This document shows, piece by piece, positions 1 through 9,138 of a stretch of DNA of 32,000 nt. The notes under the pieces were generated by a model that was given only the letters and a program-made list of their open reading frames with translations, had not been told where the DNA came from and searched no databases. A program made the position numbers and the translations under genes. Position 1 is the stretch's first letter. The number at the start of each line of letters is the position of its first letter. Origin of the DNA: Okeania sp. (GTDB lineage Bacteria; Cyanobacteriota; Cyanobacteriia; Cyanobacteriales; Microcoleaceae); the NCBI RefSeq assembly GCF_035285525.1, contig NZ_JAYKGW010000098.1, positions 353-32,352 on the forward strand, written 5' to 3'.

Positions 1-2503
1 TACGAGATTGAATCGAAATAGCATCTATTGCTTGACGAATAATAATTCCTTTGGCAGTAATTATCATTAATTCTTCTGCCTCATTTACTACTCGTAAAGC
101 AGCTACTTGGTCTTGTTTCTTTTTCTTCTGTTTAAACTTAGTAGCAATACGACCTTTTCCACCTCGGTTTTGTAGAGTAAATTGAGAAACTGGTACTCGC
201 TTTCCATAACCATTTGTTGTAATCACTAATACCCAAGGACCTATATCATTTCCACCAGAATTTTCATCAGTTTCTCCCTCTTCCATTTCCTCAGTTTCTA
301 TTTCTAACTCTTCCTCTTCTAATTCCAAATTTTCTTCATCTATATCAGCAATTATTTCCACTATTGAACTGGGTAAAATATCCATACTAATTAACTCATC
401 GCCCTTGATAAGTTTCATAGATTTTACTCCCCTAGTATTTCGACCTAAAGGACGCAATTGTTTATTATCTGTTCTGAAGTGAATTGCCATTCCAGAACTA
501 GAACCAATTATTACACTGTCGTCAACTCTCGCTCTTCTAACCCATCTTAAACTATCTCCTTCTGACAAAGAAATAGCAATTAATCCATTGGAACGAATAT
601 TAGCAAATGCCGATAAAGCTGTTTTTTTGATATATCCGCCCTTAGTTAACATGACTAAATATTCGTCATCTGTAAATTCGGAAACCGGAACAATAGAAGT
701 AACTTTTTCATCTCTAGGAATTGGTAACATTTGCACTATTGGTACTCCTCGCGCCACACGAGAACCAATCGGAATTTGATAAGCATTTAGACAGTAAACT
801 ACACCCCTTTGACTAAAGAATAAAATACTATCATGGTCATAACAACTGAGAAAATGTTCCACTACATCATCTTCTTTCATTTTCGTGCCAGATTTACCAC
901 GAGTTGCTCGACTTTGAGCTTCAAAAGCATTAATAGGCATCCTTTTAATATAGCCTTGTTCTGTTAATAAAATAATGGCTTTTTCATTGGCAATTAAATC
1001 TGTATCGTCTAGTTCTCCTTCTGCTAATTCAATCACAGTTCGTCTCGGAGTTGCATGACGTTCTTTAATTTCTAAGGCTTCGGTTTCGATAATTTCTAAA
1101 ATTCTTTCCCGTTTAGCTAATATATCTTTTAAATCAGCAATTCTTAACAGTAATTCTTCATGTTCTTTTTCAATTTTTTTAGCTTCTAAGGCGGTTAATC
1201 TTCTTAACTGCATTTGTAAAATTGCGTCTGATTGAACTTCCGATAAATCATAATTTTCCATTAATTCTTGTTTTGCACTAGAAGTATCGGCAGCACTTCT
1301 AATTAATTGAATAATTTCGTCTAAATTATCTAAAGCTATTAACAAACCTTGTAGTAAATGATCTCTTTCTTCAGCTTTTCTTAGCTCATATTCTGTTCTT
1401 CTGGTAATAGTTTCCACCCGAAACTCTAGGAAAACTTCCAGATATTTTTTCAGAGTTAATAACTGAGGTTCAGAATTTACCAATCCTAAAATATTAGCTC
1501 CAAAATTTGCTTGTATAGGAGTTTGTTTGTAGAGATTATTCAACACAACTCTCGGATAAGCATCTCGTTTCAATTCAATAACAATTCGCATTCCCGTGCG
1601 ATCGCTCTCATCTCGAATATCAGAAATACCCTCAATTTTTTTGTCATTAACCAGTTCCGCAATTTTTTCAATTAATGCTGCTTTGTTAGTTTGATATGGT
1701 AACTCAGTAACAATAATAGCTTCCTTGTCAGGACGACCCCGTTGTTCAATAGTTTCTATATTCGCCACACCCCGCATCGTGATGGAACCACGACCAAGAG
1801 TATAAGCATCCCGAATCCCAGATTTACCCAAAATTTTAGCACCTGTAGGAAAATCAGGACCCGGAATATGCTGCATTAATTCGTTTTCAGTAATTTCAGA
1901 GTTGTGAATAAGTGCCACCAAACCATCAATTAATTCTCCCAAATTATGGGGAGGAATATTCGTTGCCATCCCCACCGCAATACCAGAAGAACCGTTCAGA
2001 AATAGTTGGGGAACACGAGAAGGCAGTACCAACGGTTCCTGTTGAGAACCATCAAAGTTATCAGCAAAATCTACTGTTTCCGAATCAATATCCCGCAACA
2101 TCGCATCACAAGTGAGCAGTTGCAGACGACATTCCGTGTAACGCATAGCAGCAGGGGGGTCATTATCTACAGAACCAAAATTACCGTGACCATTAATTAG
2201 AGGCGATCGCATCGAAAAATCTTGAGCCATTCGTACCAAAGCATCATACACTGCCGTATCACCGTGAGGATGGTATTTACCCAATACTTCCCCTACTACA
2301 CGAGCGCATTTCCGAAAAGGACGGTCTGGAGTTAAACCTAATTCGTGCATCGCATAAAGTATCCGACGATGCACAGGTTTAAGACCATCTCTAGCATCTG
2401 GCAGTGCCCGACCTACAATTACGCTCATGGCATATTCCAAGTATGATTGGGACATTTCATTGCGCAGATCGGTTGGTACAATTCGTGACTCAGCAGTAGT
2501 CAT
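1..2503 (-). CDS. gyrA: DNA gyrase subunit A; C-terminal end runs off the window start
   Basis: The minus-strand frame is open from the ATG (revcomp of cat at 2501-2503) to position 1 with no stop, so it is absent from the ORF track. Translation starts [70 protein letters not shown] (active-site Tyr motif). Pinwheel-type repeats (..NGYGKRV..) follow near the window edge. Confidence 0.95.
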   Translation of the reverse strand, partial: MTTAESRIVPTDLRNEMSQSYLEYAMSVIVGRALPDARDGLKPVHRRILYAMHELGLTPDRPFRKCARVVGEVLGKYHPHGDTAVYDALVRMAQDFSMRSPLINGHGNFGSVDNDPPAAMRYTECRLQLLTCDAMLRDIDSETVDFADNFDGSQQEPLVLPSRVPQLFLNGSSGIAVGMATNIPPHNLGELIDGLVALIHNSEITENELMQHIPGPDFPTGAKILGKSGIRDAYTLGRGSITMRGVANIETIEQRGRPDKEAIIVTELPYQTNKAALIEKIAELVNDKKIEGISDIRDESDRTGMRIVIELKRDAYPRVVLNNLYKQTPIQANFGANILGLVNSEPQLLTLKKYLEVFLEFRVETITRRTEYELRKAEERDHLLQGLLIALDNLDEIIQLIRSAADTSSAKQELMENYDLSEVQSDAILQMQLRRLTALEAKKIEKEHEELLLRIADLKDILAKRERILEIIETEALEIKERHATPRRTVIELAEGELDDTDLIANEKAIILLTEQGYIKRMPINAFEAQSRATRGKSGTKMKEDDVVEHFLSCYDHDSILFFSQRGVVYCLNAYQIPIGSRVARGVPIVQMLPIPRDEKVTSIVPVSEFTDDEYLVMLTKGGYIKKTALSAFANIRSNGLIAISLSEGDSLRWVRRARVDDSVIIGSSSGMAIHFRTDNKQLRPLGRNTRGVKSMKLIKGDELISMDILPSSIVEIIADIDEENLELEEEELEIETEEMEEGETDENSGGNDIGPWVLVITTNGYGKRVPVSQFTLQNRGGKGRIATKFKQKKKKQDQVAALRVVNEAEELMIITAKGIIIRQAIDAISIQSR

Positions 2504-2833
2504 AGAATCAAAAACTCCATTAAAATTGAGAATTAACTAACAACAAATACCCAAAAATTGGATTTATTCCAATTAACTTTGGTATGATTAAAAAAATATG
2601 CTGTTTCTATCTAAAATTATAGCAGGTTTTGTGTAAATATTTTGCTAATTTTAATGGAAAAATAAGGAGATATTTTTATTTGGATGAAAAGTTAAAATCT
2701 TGGTATAATTTTAACTACAGCGGATTCCAGTTTTGTGAGGTACATTCACGCGAGCAAGATGTACGGTTCCCGAAAAATCGCACTGATAAGATTTAACTAT
2801 TAATACCTGTACTTCAGATACTTGGAATCTACT

Positions 2834-2922
2834 GTAACTAGCTATCAGCTTTTAGCATTTAGCTCTCAGCTTTTTGCAGCTAAACTATGGAAAAATAATC
2901 TGGCTAATTGCTGAGTGCTAAC
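2834..2922. mobile_element. Decayed member of the GTAAGC-TIR / heptamer-arm MITE family
   Basis: Left end is gtaactagctatcagc.... The revcomp of the right end, gttagcactcagcaattagc, matches the family terminus gtaagcattcagctattagc at about 17/20. No flanking direct repeat. Confidence 0.3.
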
Positions 2923-2984
2923 CGCTAACCACTTTTTTTAAGTTTTACTCAGTTGCACAACCTCTAAATATTTATTTTTGTAAT

Positions 2985-3926
2985 ATGATTTCTGTTATTT
3001 ATTCCGATGAATTTCTCGAACACAAAACTGGCATGTCACACCCAGAGCGACCAGAACGTTTGACTGCTATTGTCGAAAGCCTCAAAACTTTTCCTAATCA
3101 TGGCCAACTCCAATGGCAGTCACCCACCTCAGTACAACAGCGCGGTTCATCATTGATGAAACTGCTAGAAAAAGTTCATTCTCGTAGTCATATTGGAACA
3201 GTAGCAGGAATAGCTAATAGTGGTGGCGGTTATCTAGATGGAGATACACCAATTTCTGCTAAAAGTTATGATGTAGCATTGTTAGCGGTAAGTGCTTGGT
3301 TAGATGGGGTCGATCTAGTTTTGGAAAATGGGAAACCTGCTTTTGTTTTGGCAAGACCTCCCGGACACCATGCTGAAAGTCAACGAGGTATGGGTTTTTG
3401 CTTGTTTTCTAATGCAGCGATCGCCGCTCATTACGCTTTAGAAAAACCAGATATTAACAAAGTTGCGATTCTCGACTGGGATGTACATCATGGTAATGGT
3501 ACTCAGGAAATCGTGGAAAGTAATAAAAATATCGCCTACTGTTCTCTCCATCAATCTCCCTGTTATCCGGGAACTGGGCATTCCTCAGAATGTGGTTCCT
3601 ACAACAATGTACTAAATTTACCCATGTCACCAGGTAGCACAATGGCTATTTATAAACCGACTTTTGAGGAAAAAGTCGTACCCTTTTTAGCTAATTTTCA
3701 ACCAGATTTATTAATTGTTAGTGCTGGTTATGATGCTAACCATGACGATCCATTAGCTGGTATTTCTTTAAAACCAAAAGACTATGGATTATTTACAGAA
3801 GATTGTTTACAAATAACCCGCAAAATATTATTTGGTTTAGAAGGAGGTTATGACTTACCTAGTTTATCTCAGTCAGTATTAGCAACAATTGAAAGTTGTC
3901 TTCTAGTTAGAGGGAATGGGCAATAG
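2985..3926 (+). CDS. Histone deacetylase (HDAC/AcuC/AphA) family deacetylase
   Basis: 313-aa ORF with the motifs RPPGHHA, DWDVHHGNGTQ, SAGYDAN..DPL and EGGY, typical of Zn-dependent HDAC-fold enzymes. Confidence 0.85.
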   Translation: MISVIYSDEFLEHKTGMSHPERPERLTAIVESLKTFPNHGQLQWQSPTSVQQRGSSLMKLLEKVHSRSHIGTVAGIANSGGGYLDGDTPISAKSYDVALLAVSAWLDGVDLVLENGKPAFVLARPPGHHAESQRGMGFCLFSNAAIAAHYALEKPDINKVAILDWDVHHGNGTQEIVESNKNIAYCSLHQSPCYPGTGHSSECGSYNNVLNLPMSPGSTMAIYKPTFEEKVVPFLANFQPDLLIVSAGYDANHDDPLAGISLKPKDYGLFTEDCLQITRKILFGLEGGYDLPSLSQSVLATIESCLLVRGNGQ

Positions 3927-3930
3927 GCAA

Positions 3931-4296
3931 TAGGCAATAGGAAAAAGAAACCAAGTTGATGACTGCGCTCTGATTTTTTCCACTACGAAATTTTCGGAAA
4001 TCAACCCTAGATGTAGTGCTGAAAACTGTTGTACAATAGTTTTTTAACTCTATATATAGTACCTTTGCCTAAGTAAAAAATAGGCAATAGGAAAAAGAAA
4101 CCAAATTTATTACTGCGCTCTGGTTTTTTCCACTACGAAATTTTCGGAAATCAACCCTAAATATAGTGCTGAAAACTATGGCGCAACAGTTTTTTAACTC
4201 TACATATAGTATCTTTGCCTAAGTAAAAAATAGGCAATAGGAAAAAGAAACCAAGTTGATTACTGTACTCTTGTTTTTTACACCACGAAATTTCTG
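3931..4296. repeat. Tandem repeat with an exact 150-bp period, about 2.4 copies
   Basis: Units start with taggcaataggaaaaagaaacc at 3931, 4081 and 4231. Units 1 and 2 are near-identical over 150 bp. Unit 3 diverges after about 4296. Each unit contains MITE-like modules (aaactgttgtacaatagtttt palindrome, ctatatatagtacc). Confidence 0.9.
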
Positions 4297-4360
4297 TAAA
4301 TAAACCCGGTTTCTTTCGTAGGGGCAAATGGTATTTGCCCTCTAAACAAGATAGTATATC

Positions 4361-4479
4361 TGCGATAAATGACGTACAAAGCTGAAATATCAAAAGTTTT
4401 ATACTGCTGAAAACTGACAGAATATATTTGCGATAAATGACGTACAAAGCCTGAATATCAAAAGTTTTATACTGCTGAT
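4361..4479. repeat. Tandem repeat, about 68-bp period, 2 copies
   Basis: tgcgataaatgacgtacaaagc(c)tgaatatcaaaagttttatactgctga occurs at 4361-4410 and 4429-4479. Confidence 0.85.
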
Positions 4480-4489
4480 ACTTAATCAC

Positions 4490-4580
4490 CAATATAATCA
4501 ATTATTATCCATAAATCATCAATTACTCTTCTTTGTTTCCCGTATCCTGTTCCATGTTCCATCTTTTAAGGAGATGTCTA
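4490..4580. mobile_element. Left-truncated copy of the TAGACATCTCC-TIR MITE
   Basis: Shares ..tatccataaatcatcaatta..cctgttcc..ggagatgtcta with the full copy at 8219-8333. Only the right TIR (4570-4580) is present. A further solo end, ggagatgtcta, lies at 12009-12019. Confidence 0.6.
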
Positions 4581-4766
4581 ATAACTGATTTAAGTGATAA
4601 GCATCACTAACAAACACGAATATACTCACCTTCAATCTATGACAATAACTACGAATTAACTTGATAACAATCATTAACTAATCACTACTAAAATCACTGA
4701 ATTTAATTAGCAAAACCATAATACTTAAAATTGTAAGTTTTAGTTAGTCATCAGTAAACGATTAGT

Positions 4767-4970
4767 ATGCAACTACTTAATATATCACCAGCAAAAAATG
4801 TACTTGAGGAACTATTTAATAAAGTAATGTCCTCCAACGTTATTACTAGCAATGAACGCCAACAAATTCGACGTATATTACTGATAGGTCGTTTAGACAA
4901 TGATGAATATCTAATGATTAAAAATTTAGTCGATCATGTTAGTCGTGGATGTGTCAAAGTAGTCGAATAA
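4767..4970 (+). CDS. Hypothetical small protein (67 aa)
   Basis: Only ORF in a 1.3-kb gap and not low-complexity. The C-terminal ..VSRGCVKVVE resembles small conserved cyanobacterial proteins from memory only. Confidence 0.35.
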   Translation: MQLLNISPAKNVLEELFNKVMSSNVITSNERQQIRRILLIGRLDNDEYLMIKNLVDHVSRGCVKVVE

Positions 4971-5337
4971 AAGTAAGACTAATTTGAAATAAAGAATGCT
5001 ATCAAAAAGAGCATTTCCATCAAAGATATTTGGTAGTTATTTAGATGTAGTGATTTAGACTAGAGGTACGGAACAGGGAAAACGGAACAGAAAATTCCTT
5101 TAATTCTACTTTTTGAAAGAAATTAAATTTCCTTGACTAATTGACTTTTTTCAGCATATTACTACTTGCACACCAGTACCAGATACTTAAAAATCACTAC
5201 TAGAATATATTAAAGATAGTTTTCTATGTTATCGTTTTCCCTTTTTCTCAAAATTTACTTATCCTTCCTGATTTTTTGGTCAAATAAATAATAAAGAATT
5301 ACAATATTCAGGGAAAACTTTAAATATATCCATAACT

Positions 5338-6357
5338 ATGACATCAGCAATTTTAATAGAAAACCTACAAAAAAGTTATGGTTCATCTGTAGCAGTTAAG
5401 GACGTTTCCTTTCAGATAGAACCTGGAGAAATATTTGGTTTACTCGGCCCCAACGGCGCTGGTAAAACCACCACCTTACGCGCTCTATGTACTCTCATTA
5501 CTCCAGATGCTGGACGTTTAGAAGTCTCCGGTATTTCCGTAACTGACCAACCAAGAATGGCTAGACAACTCCTGGGGTATGTTGCCCAAGAAGTGGCCCT
5601 AGACAAAGTATTAACAGGTCGAGAACTACTCCAATTACAGGCAGCTATATATCACATTCCTGGCAAAATGGCAAAAGAAAGAATTAATAAAGTGATTAGC
5701 CTCCTGGGTATAGAAGATTGGGCGGATAAAAAAACCGGTACTTACTCCGGCGGTATTCGCAAACGTCTGGACTTAGCAGCAGGTTTACTACATCAACCAG
5801 ATGTTTTAGTTTTGGATGAACCCACCGTTGGTTTAGATATTAATAGTCGGGTAGCAGTATGGGATTTTTTGCGTCAGTTGCGAGACTCAGGGACAACAGT
5901 TTTGATTACCAGTCATTATCTCGAAGAAGTTGACGCTTTAGCAGATCGGGTAGCTATTATTGACAAAGGTGTAGTCATAGCAACTGGTACTCCTTCTGAA
6001 CTTAAAGATAGGGTAGGAGGCGATCGCATCACTCTCCGCATTAGAGAATTTTCTCCCCCAGAAGAAGCAGAAACAGCGAAAACATTACTGGAACCTTTAC
6101 CAATAGTTCAAGAAGTTATTATTAATGGTGCTCAAGGAAATTCTTTAAATTTGGTTGTCACACCTCAGAGTGATGCTTTAATTACGATTCAACAGTCATT
6201 ACAAGCAGCAGGTTTACCTATTTTTGGTATTGCTCAAGCGCGACCAAGTTTAGATGATGTTTATCTGGCAGCAACAGGAAAAACGTTAATGGATGCAGAG
6301 TTAGCTGCTGCCAATAGTCGAGATTTGAAAGCAGAGAAAAAACAGAGTATGCGTTAA
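5338..6357 (+). CDS. ABC transporter ATP-binding protein (ABC-2/DrrA-like, with C-terminal extension)
   Basis: Walker A GPNGAGKTT, signature YSGGIRKRL, Walker B VLVLDEPTVGLD, H-loop TSHY. Confidence 0.9.
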   Translation: MTSAILIENLQKSYGSSVAVKDVSFQIEPGEIFGLLGPNGAGKTTTLRALCTLITPDAGRLEVSGISVTDQPRMARQLLGYVAQEVALDKVLTGRELLQLQAAIYHIPGKMAKERINKVISLLGIEDWADKKTGTYSGGIRKRLDLAAGLLHQPDVLVLDEPTVGLDINSRVAVWDFLRQLRDSGTTVLITSHYLEEVDALADRVAIIDKGVVIATGTPSELKDRVGGDRITLRIREFSPPEEAETAKTLLEPLPIVQEVIINGAQGNSLNLVVTPQSDALITIQQSLQAAGLPIFGIAQARPSLDDVYLAATGKTLMDAELAAANSRDLKAEKKQSMR

Positions 6358-6514
6358 GGAAATCAGAAGTCAGAAGTCAGAAGTTGTTTTGGTAACAGGG
6401 ATTTCAGTATGGGCGAATCGAATTTGCTAGCGCCAAGCTCCGCTTTATATATCGCGAATCGAATCGCTCCTACAAATAAGCTCAAATCCGGTAGTATCCT
6501 TAGAATTAGACACC

Positions 6515-6557
6515 GTAGGGGTTTGGTCTCCAATTTTTCGGGAACCGTACCCTCTAC
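6515..6557. repeat. Dispersed hairpin repeat (GTAGGGGTTTGGTCTCC family)
   Basis: gtaggggtttggtctccaatttttcgggaaccgtaccctctac. An inverted copy lies at 20403-20445. Related hairpins lie at 8864-8912 and 11321-11374. Confidence 0.75.
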
Positions 6558-6590
6558 CAACTAGAAATTTTCTCCAATACTAAACTATGT

Positions 6591-6683
6591 CAGCACTTAC
6601 GCAGCCATCCTAGATATAGCGCTTAAAACTATTGCACAATAGTTTTTTTAACTCTATATATAGTACCTCTCGTGTAAGTCCTG
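6591..6683. mobile_element. MITE-like element, CAGGACTTACGC-TIR family
   Basis: Runs from cagcacttacgcag to cgtgtaagtcctg, which are inverted termini. The internal palindrome aaactattgcacaatagttt and ctatatatagtacc are shared with other copies. Confidence 0.75.
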
Positions 6684-6922
6684 TATGCGTTAACGAAGTT
6701 AGAAGTCAGAAGTCAGAAGCTATTTTTTAGGGTGCGTTACATTTCATTAACGCACCGCCAAAATGAGTTCATAAGTTTTGTAGGGTGCGTTACATTTCAT
6801 TAACGCACCGCTTTCTTAAGATTTCGGTGCGTTACGCTGCGCTAACACACCCTACCACTACCACACTACTAAAGATTATGCGTAAATCCTGATATAATTT
6901 ATCTAGAATTAAAGGTAAAATT

Positions 6923-8101
6923 ATGGAACCATTGTTCTTAGGTTGGGAATTACCAAAAATAGCAGCTCCTTTGTTGGGCAGTGTTTGAAAACAAGGTGGC
7001 GATCGCTTAATTCAATCTCTCCACAAAACCGACATAGAAAAGGCAATTGAATCTGGAGAAAAAGCTGTTAAAAAATGGGAAAAAACACTCTCTTTTTTTG
7101 ACCTTTTATTTTATTCTGCTAAACCCGATGGATGGAATGGATTTAAAAAATTGAGGAAATTGATTATCAAGCCGATAATGAGGATGATTTTGAGATTGTG
7201 TTGGGTTGTATTCGGAAGTATTTGCATGATTCCCATTGGGAGGAAGTTTTACTATTATTGATAGCGGAACAAAAGCCGAAGAAAGTAGCAAAGGCGATGC
7301 GGGAGATATTAAGGCGTGGTAGTGAGTATGAGGAGTGGTTACATCGGGATTTGTTGTTTGCTGGTAGTTGTTTGGCAGAAGAACCGAAAGTTTACGGAGT
7401 GTTGATGGTGATTTGGTGCAAGAGATTTTGGAGAAGTTGGTTGAGTTAGAGGTAAGCAATGAGAAGCAGACTGGTTATAAAGCTTTTTAGAAGGTTGAAC
7501 AAATTCTTTGTAATTTTTCTGAAACTGATTTAGAGAATTCTACTTTGAAGATGTTGAAAGAGCGAGCAGATTTAATTTATGAGGAAAGGTTGTTGAAATA
7601 TCAAGCAGAATTAGGAGAAAAGGATCAGGACTTACACGGGAGGTACTATATATGGTGTGCTGGTGCGTTACGCTACCCCTTTACATGTCGCTTAGCGTTT
7701 CGGCGCTTGAGCCGACATATAAAGCGGAGCTTTGCGGAACGCAAAACACACCCTACCAATAGGGTTAATGCGTAAGTTATGAGGATGAGGTAATTGCCAC
7801 GTTACTGGCACAACTGAAAGATAATGATTCTAGTGTCCACAAGAGGGCAGCTTTTGCTTTGGGTAATTTGGGGAACAACTCAGAATCTGTAGTCAGTATC
7901 TTACTAGAACATATCGAAGATAATGATTCTACTGTGCGCGGGAGTGTAGTCAAAGCCTTAAGCAAATTGGGCAACAACTCAGAAATGGTACTCAGCGCTT
8001 CACTAGCTAGACTTCAGGATAAAAATTCTGATGTATGTAAGGAGGCATCTATATCTTTAGGTAAGTTAGGTAGTGGCCCTACATCAAATATTACCAAATA
8101 G
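6923..8101 (+). pseudogene. Decayed NACHT/HEAT-repeat (STAND-type) gene remnant, frameshifted and MITE-interrupted
   Basis: Fragments lie in different frames: MEPLFLGWELPKIAAPLLGSV*, then ..DFEIVLGCIRKYLHDSHWEEVLLLLIAEQ..DLLFAGSCLAEEPK, then ..LVQEILEKLVELEVS. After the MITE at 7626-7778 come HEAT/PBS-lyase-like repeats (DNDSSVHKRAAFALGNLG.., DNDSTVRGSVVKALSKLG.., DKNSDVCKEASISLGKLG). Confidence 0.5.
7626..7778. mobile_element. MITE-like element (CAGGACTTAC family) inside the HEAT-repeat pseudogene
   Basis: Starts caggacttacacgggaggtactatatat and ends aatgcgtaagtta. The interior (gcttgagccgacat.., aacacaccctacc) matches copies at 16391-16581, 27434-27602 and 29990-30141. Confidence 0.7.
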
Positions 8102-8796
8102 TTTCTAAATCTAATACAAATCCAGGCAAAACATTTTCTCCAGACACGATCTCCGGATATTTCAATATTTCTGCTTCTTGCTGAGGGCGATAAATTTCTA
8201 CTTCTCGTTTTTTTCGATTAGACATCTCCAAAAATAAAAAATTAAATCAATTCTTATCCATAAATTATCAATTATTTCTTCCTGTTCCCACATATCTAGT
8301 GTTCCCTGTTCCCTCATTTGGAGGAGATGTCTACTAATTAACCATCCTAATAATGCACCATTTTCTACATACTCTAACATCTTTTCTCGTGTTTTTGGTA
8401 AACTATCACTAGGAGACATTAATTCCACTACCAAATCAGGACATATAAGGTGCAAATTTATCTTGTTCTTCAAGAGTTAAACTATCCCAACTTTCAAGTT
8501 TTACCCAAGAAGCATCAGGAGAAAGAACAGCTCCATTTGGTAAAGTAAAACAACCATTAGAATCAAATACTTTACCTAATTTATTTTTACGGTTCCATGC
8601 TCTTAGTTGAAAATTTAGATCGGAGTTTCTTTCTGCAGTATTTGCTCCTGTAGGTGACATAATAATTAATTCTCCTGTAGCAGTTCTTTCAAATTTTAAA
8701 TTATCATTTTCTTGGGCTTTGTTGCCAAAATTGTTCTTGAGTCAAATTCATTTTTAATTCTAATCTGGGTGGTAAATAAATTGTCGATTTTTCCAT
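8091..8796 (-). pseudogene. Uma2-family (DUF820) endonuclease pseudogene, with at least 2 frameshifts plus a MITE insertion
   Basis: Family-typical pieces lie in three frames: MEKSTIYLPPRLELKMNLTQEQFWQ / NLKFERTATGELIIMSPTG..SPDASWV..DKFAP / ICPDLVVELMSPSDS..ENGALLGWLI / NRKKREVEIYRPQQEAEIL..LPGFVLDLETIW*. Confidence 0.7.
8219..8333. mobile_element. MITE with TAGACATCTCC terminal inverted repeats and a TA duplication
   Basis: tagacatctcc at 8219-8229 and ggagatgtcta at 8323-8333 are perfect 11-bp inverted ends, or 9-bp TIRs flanked by TA/TA. Confidence 0.8.
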
Positions 8797-8863
8797 GATT
8801 TTGCCTTCTTTACCGTTATTATGTTAATCTATAGCAATCCTAAATAGGTTGTAAAATTTTCTT

Positions 8864-8912
8864 GTAGGGGTTTGGTCTCCAAATCCCTAGTGTTTCGAGA
8901 CTAAACCCCTAC
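8864..8912. repeat. Dispersed hairpin repeat (GTAGGGGTTTGG family)
   Basis: gtaggggtttggtctccaaatccctagtgtttcgagactaaacccctac. The flanking aatcctaaataggttgtaaaa module is also repeated at 11290, 15030, 15210 and 22330. Confidence 0.7.
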
Positions 8913-8981
8913 AGCTTTTCATTTATGGCTATCTTTGAGATAATGTTATATTTTAGTCAAGTTTTACGAACTTTATAGTTT

Positions 8982-9084
8982 CAGGACTTACACGCTCTCA
9001 ACCAAGAAACCGGGTTTATTGCCGCGATCTTGTTGTTCAAACCAGGAAATCTCGTTCATAAACCCGATTTCTCCGTAAGTCCTA
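8982..9084. mobile_element. MITE-like element, CAGGACTTAC family (aaaccgggttt subtype)
   Basis: Runs from caggacttacacgc to ccgtaagtccta. The interior has agaaaccgggtttatt / aaacccgatttct arms. Confidence 0.75.
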
Positions 9085-9138
9085 AGTTTATATATTTTAG
9101 CTTAAAATAATTGTGGCATTCTGAGGAGTTAGTAAGTA

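Noticed and set aside
588-2200. Short plus-strand ORFs at 588-779, 1912-2115 and 2006-2200
   Set aside because: They are antisense to the unambiguous gyrA frame.
3931-4296. Possible CRISPR array (regular repeats)
   Set aside because: Units are contiguous 150-bp copies with no unique spacers between short repeats, and no cas genes are present. This is a tandem duplication, not CRISPR.
4157-4501. 114-aa minus-strand ORF
   Set aside because: It lies entirely within the 150-bp and 68-bp tandem repeats. The protein itself is repetitive and low-complexity, with no coding-like features.
6363-6560. 65-aa minus-strand ORF
   Set aside because: It is composed of a heptamer run and dispersed hairpin repeat sequence.
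7106-7459. 117-aa minus-strand ORF
   Set aside because: It is antisense to recognisable NACHT/HEAT-protein fragments on the plus strand and has a low-complexity composition.
7545-7775. 76-aa plus-strand ORF
   Set aside because: It is a chimera of a pseudogene fragment and the inserted MITE (from 7626), not a real gene.
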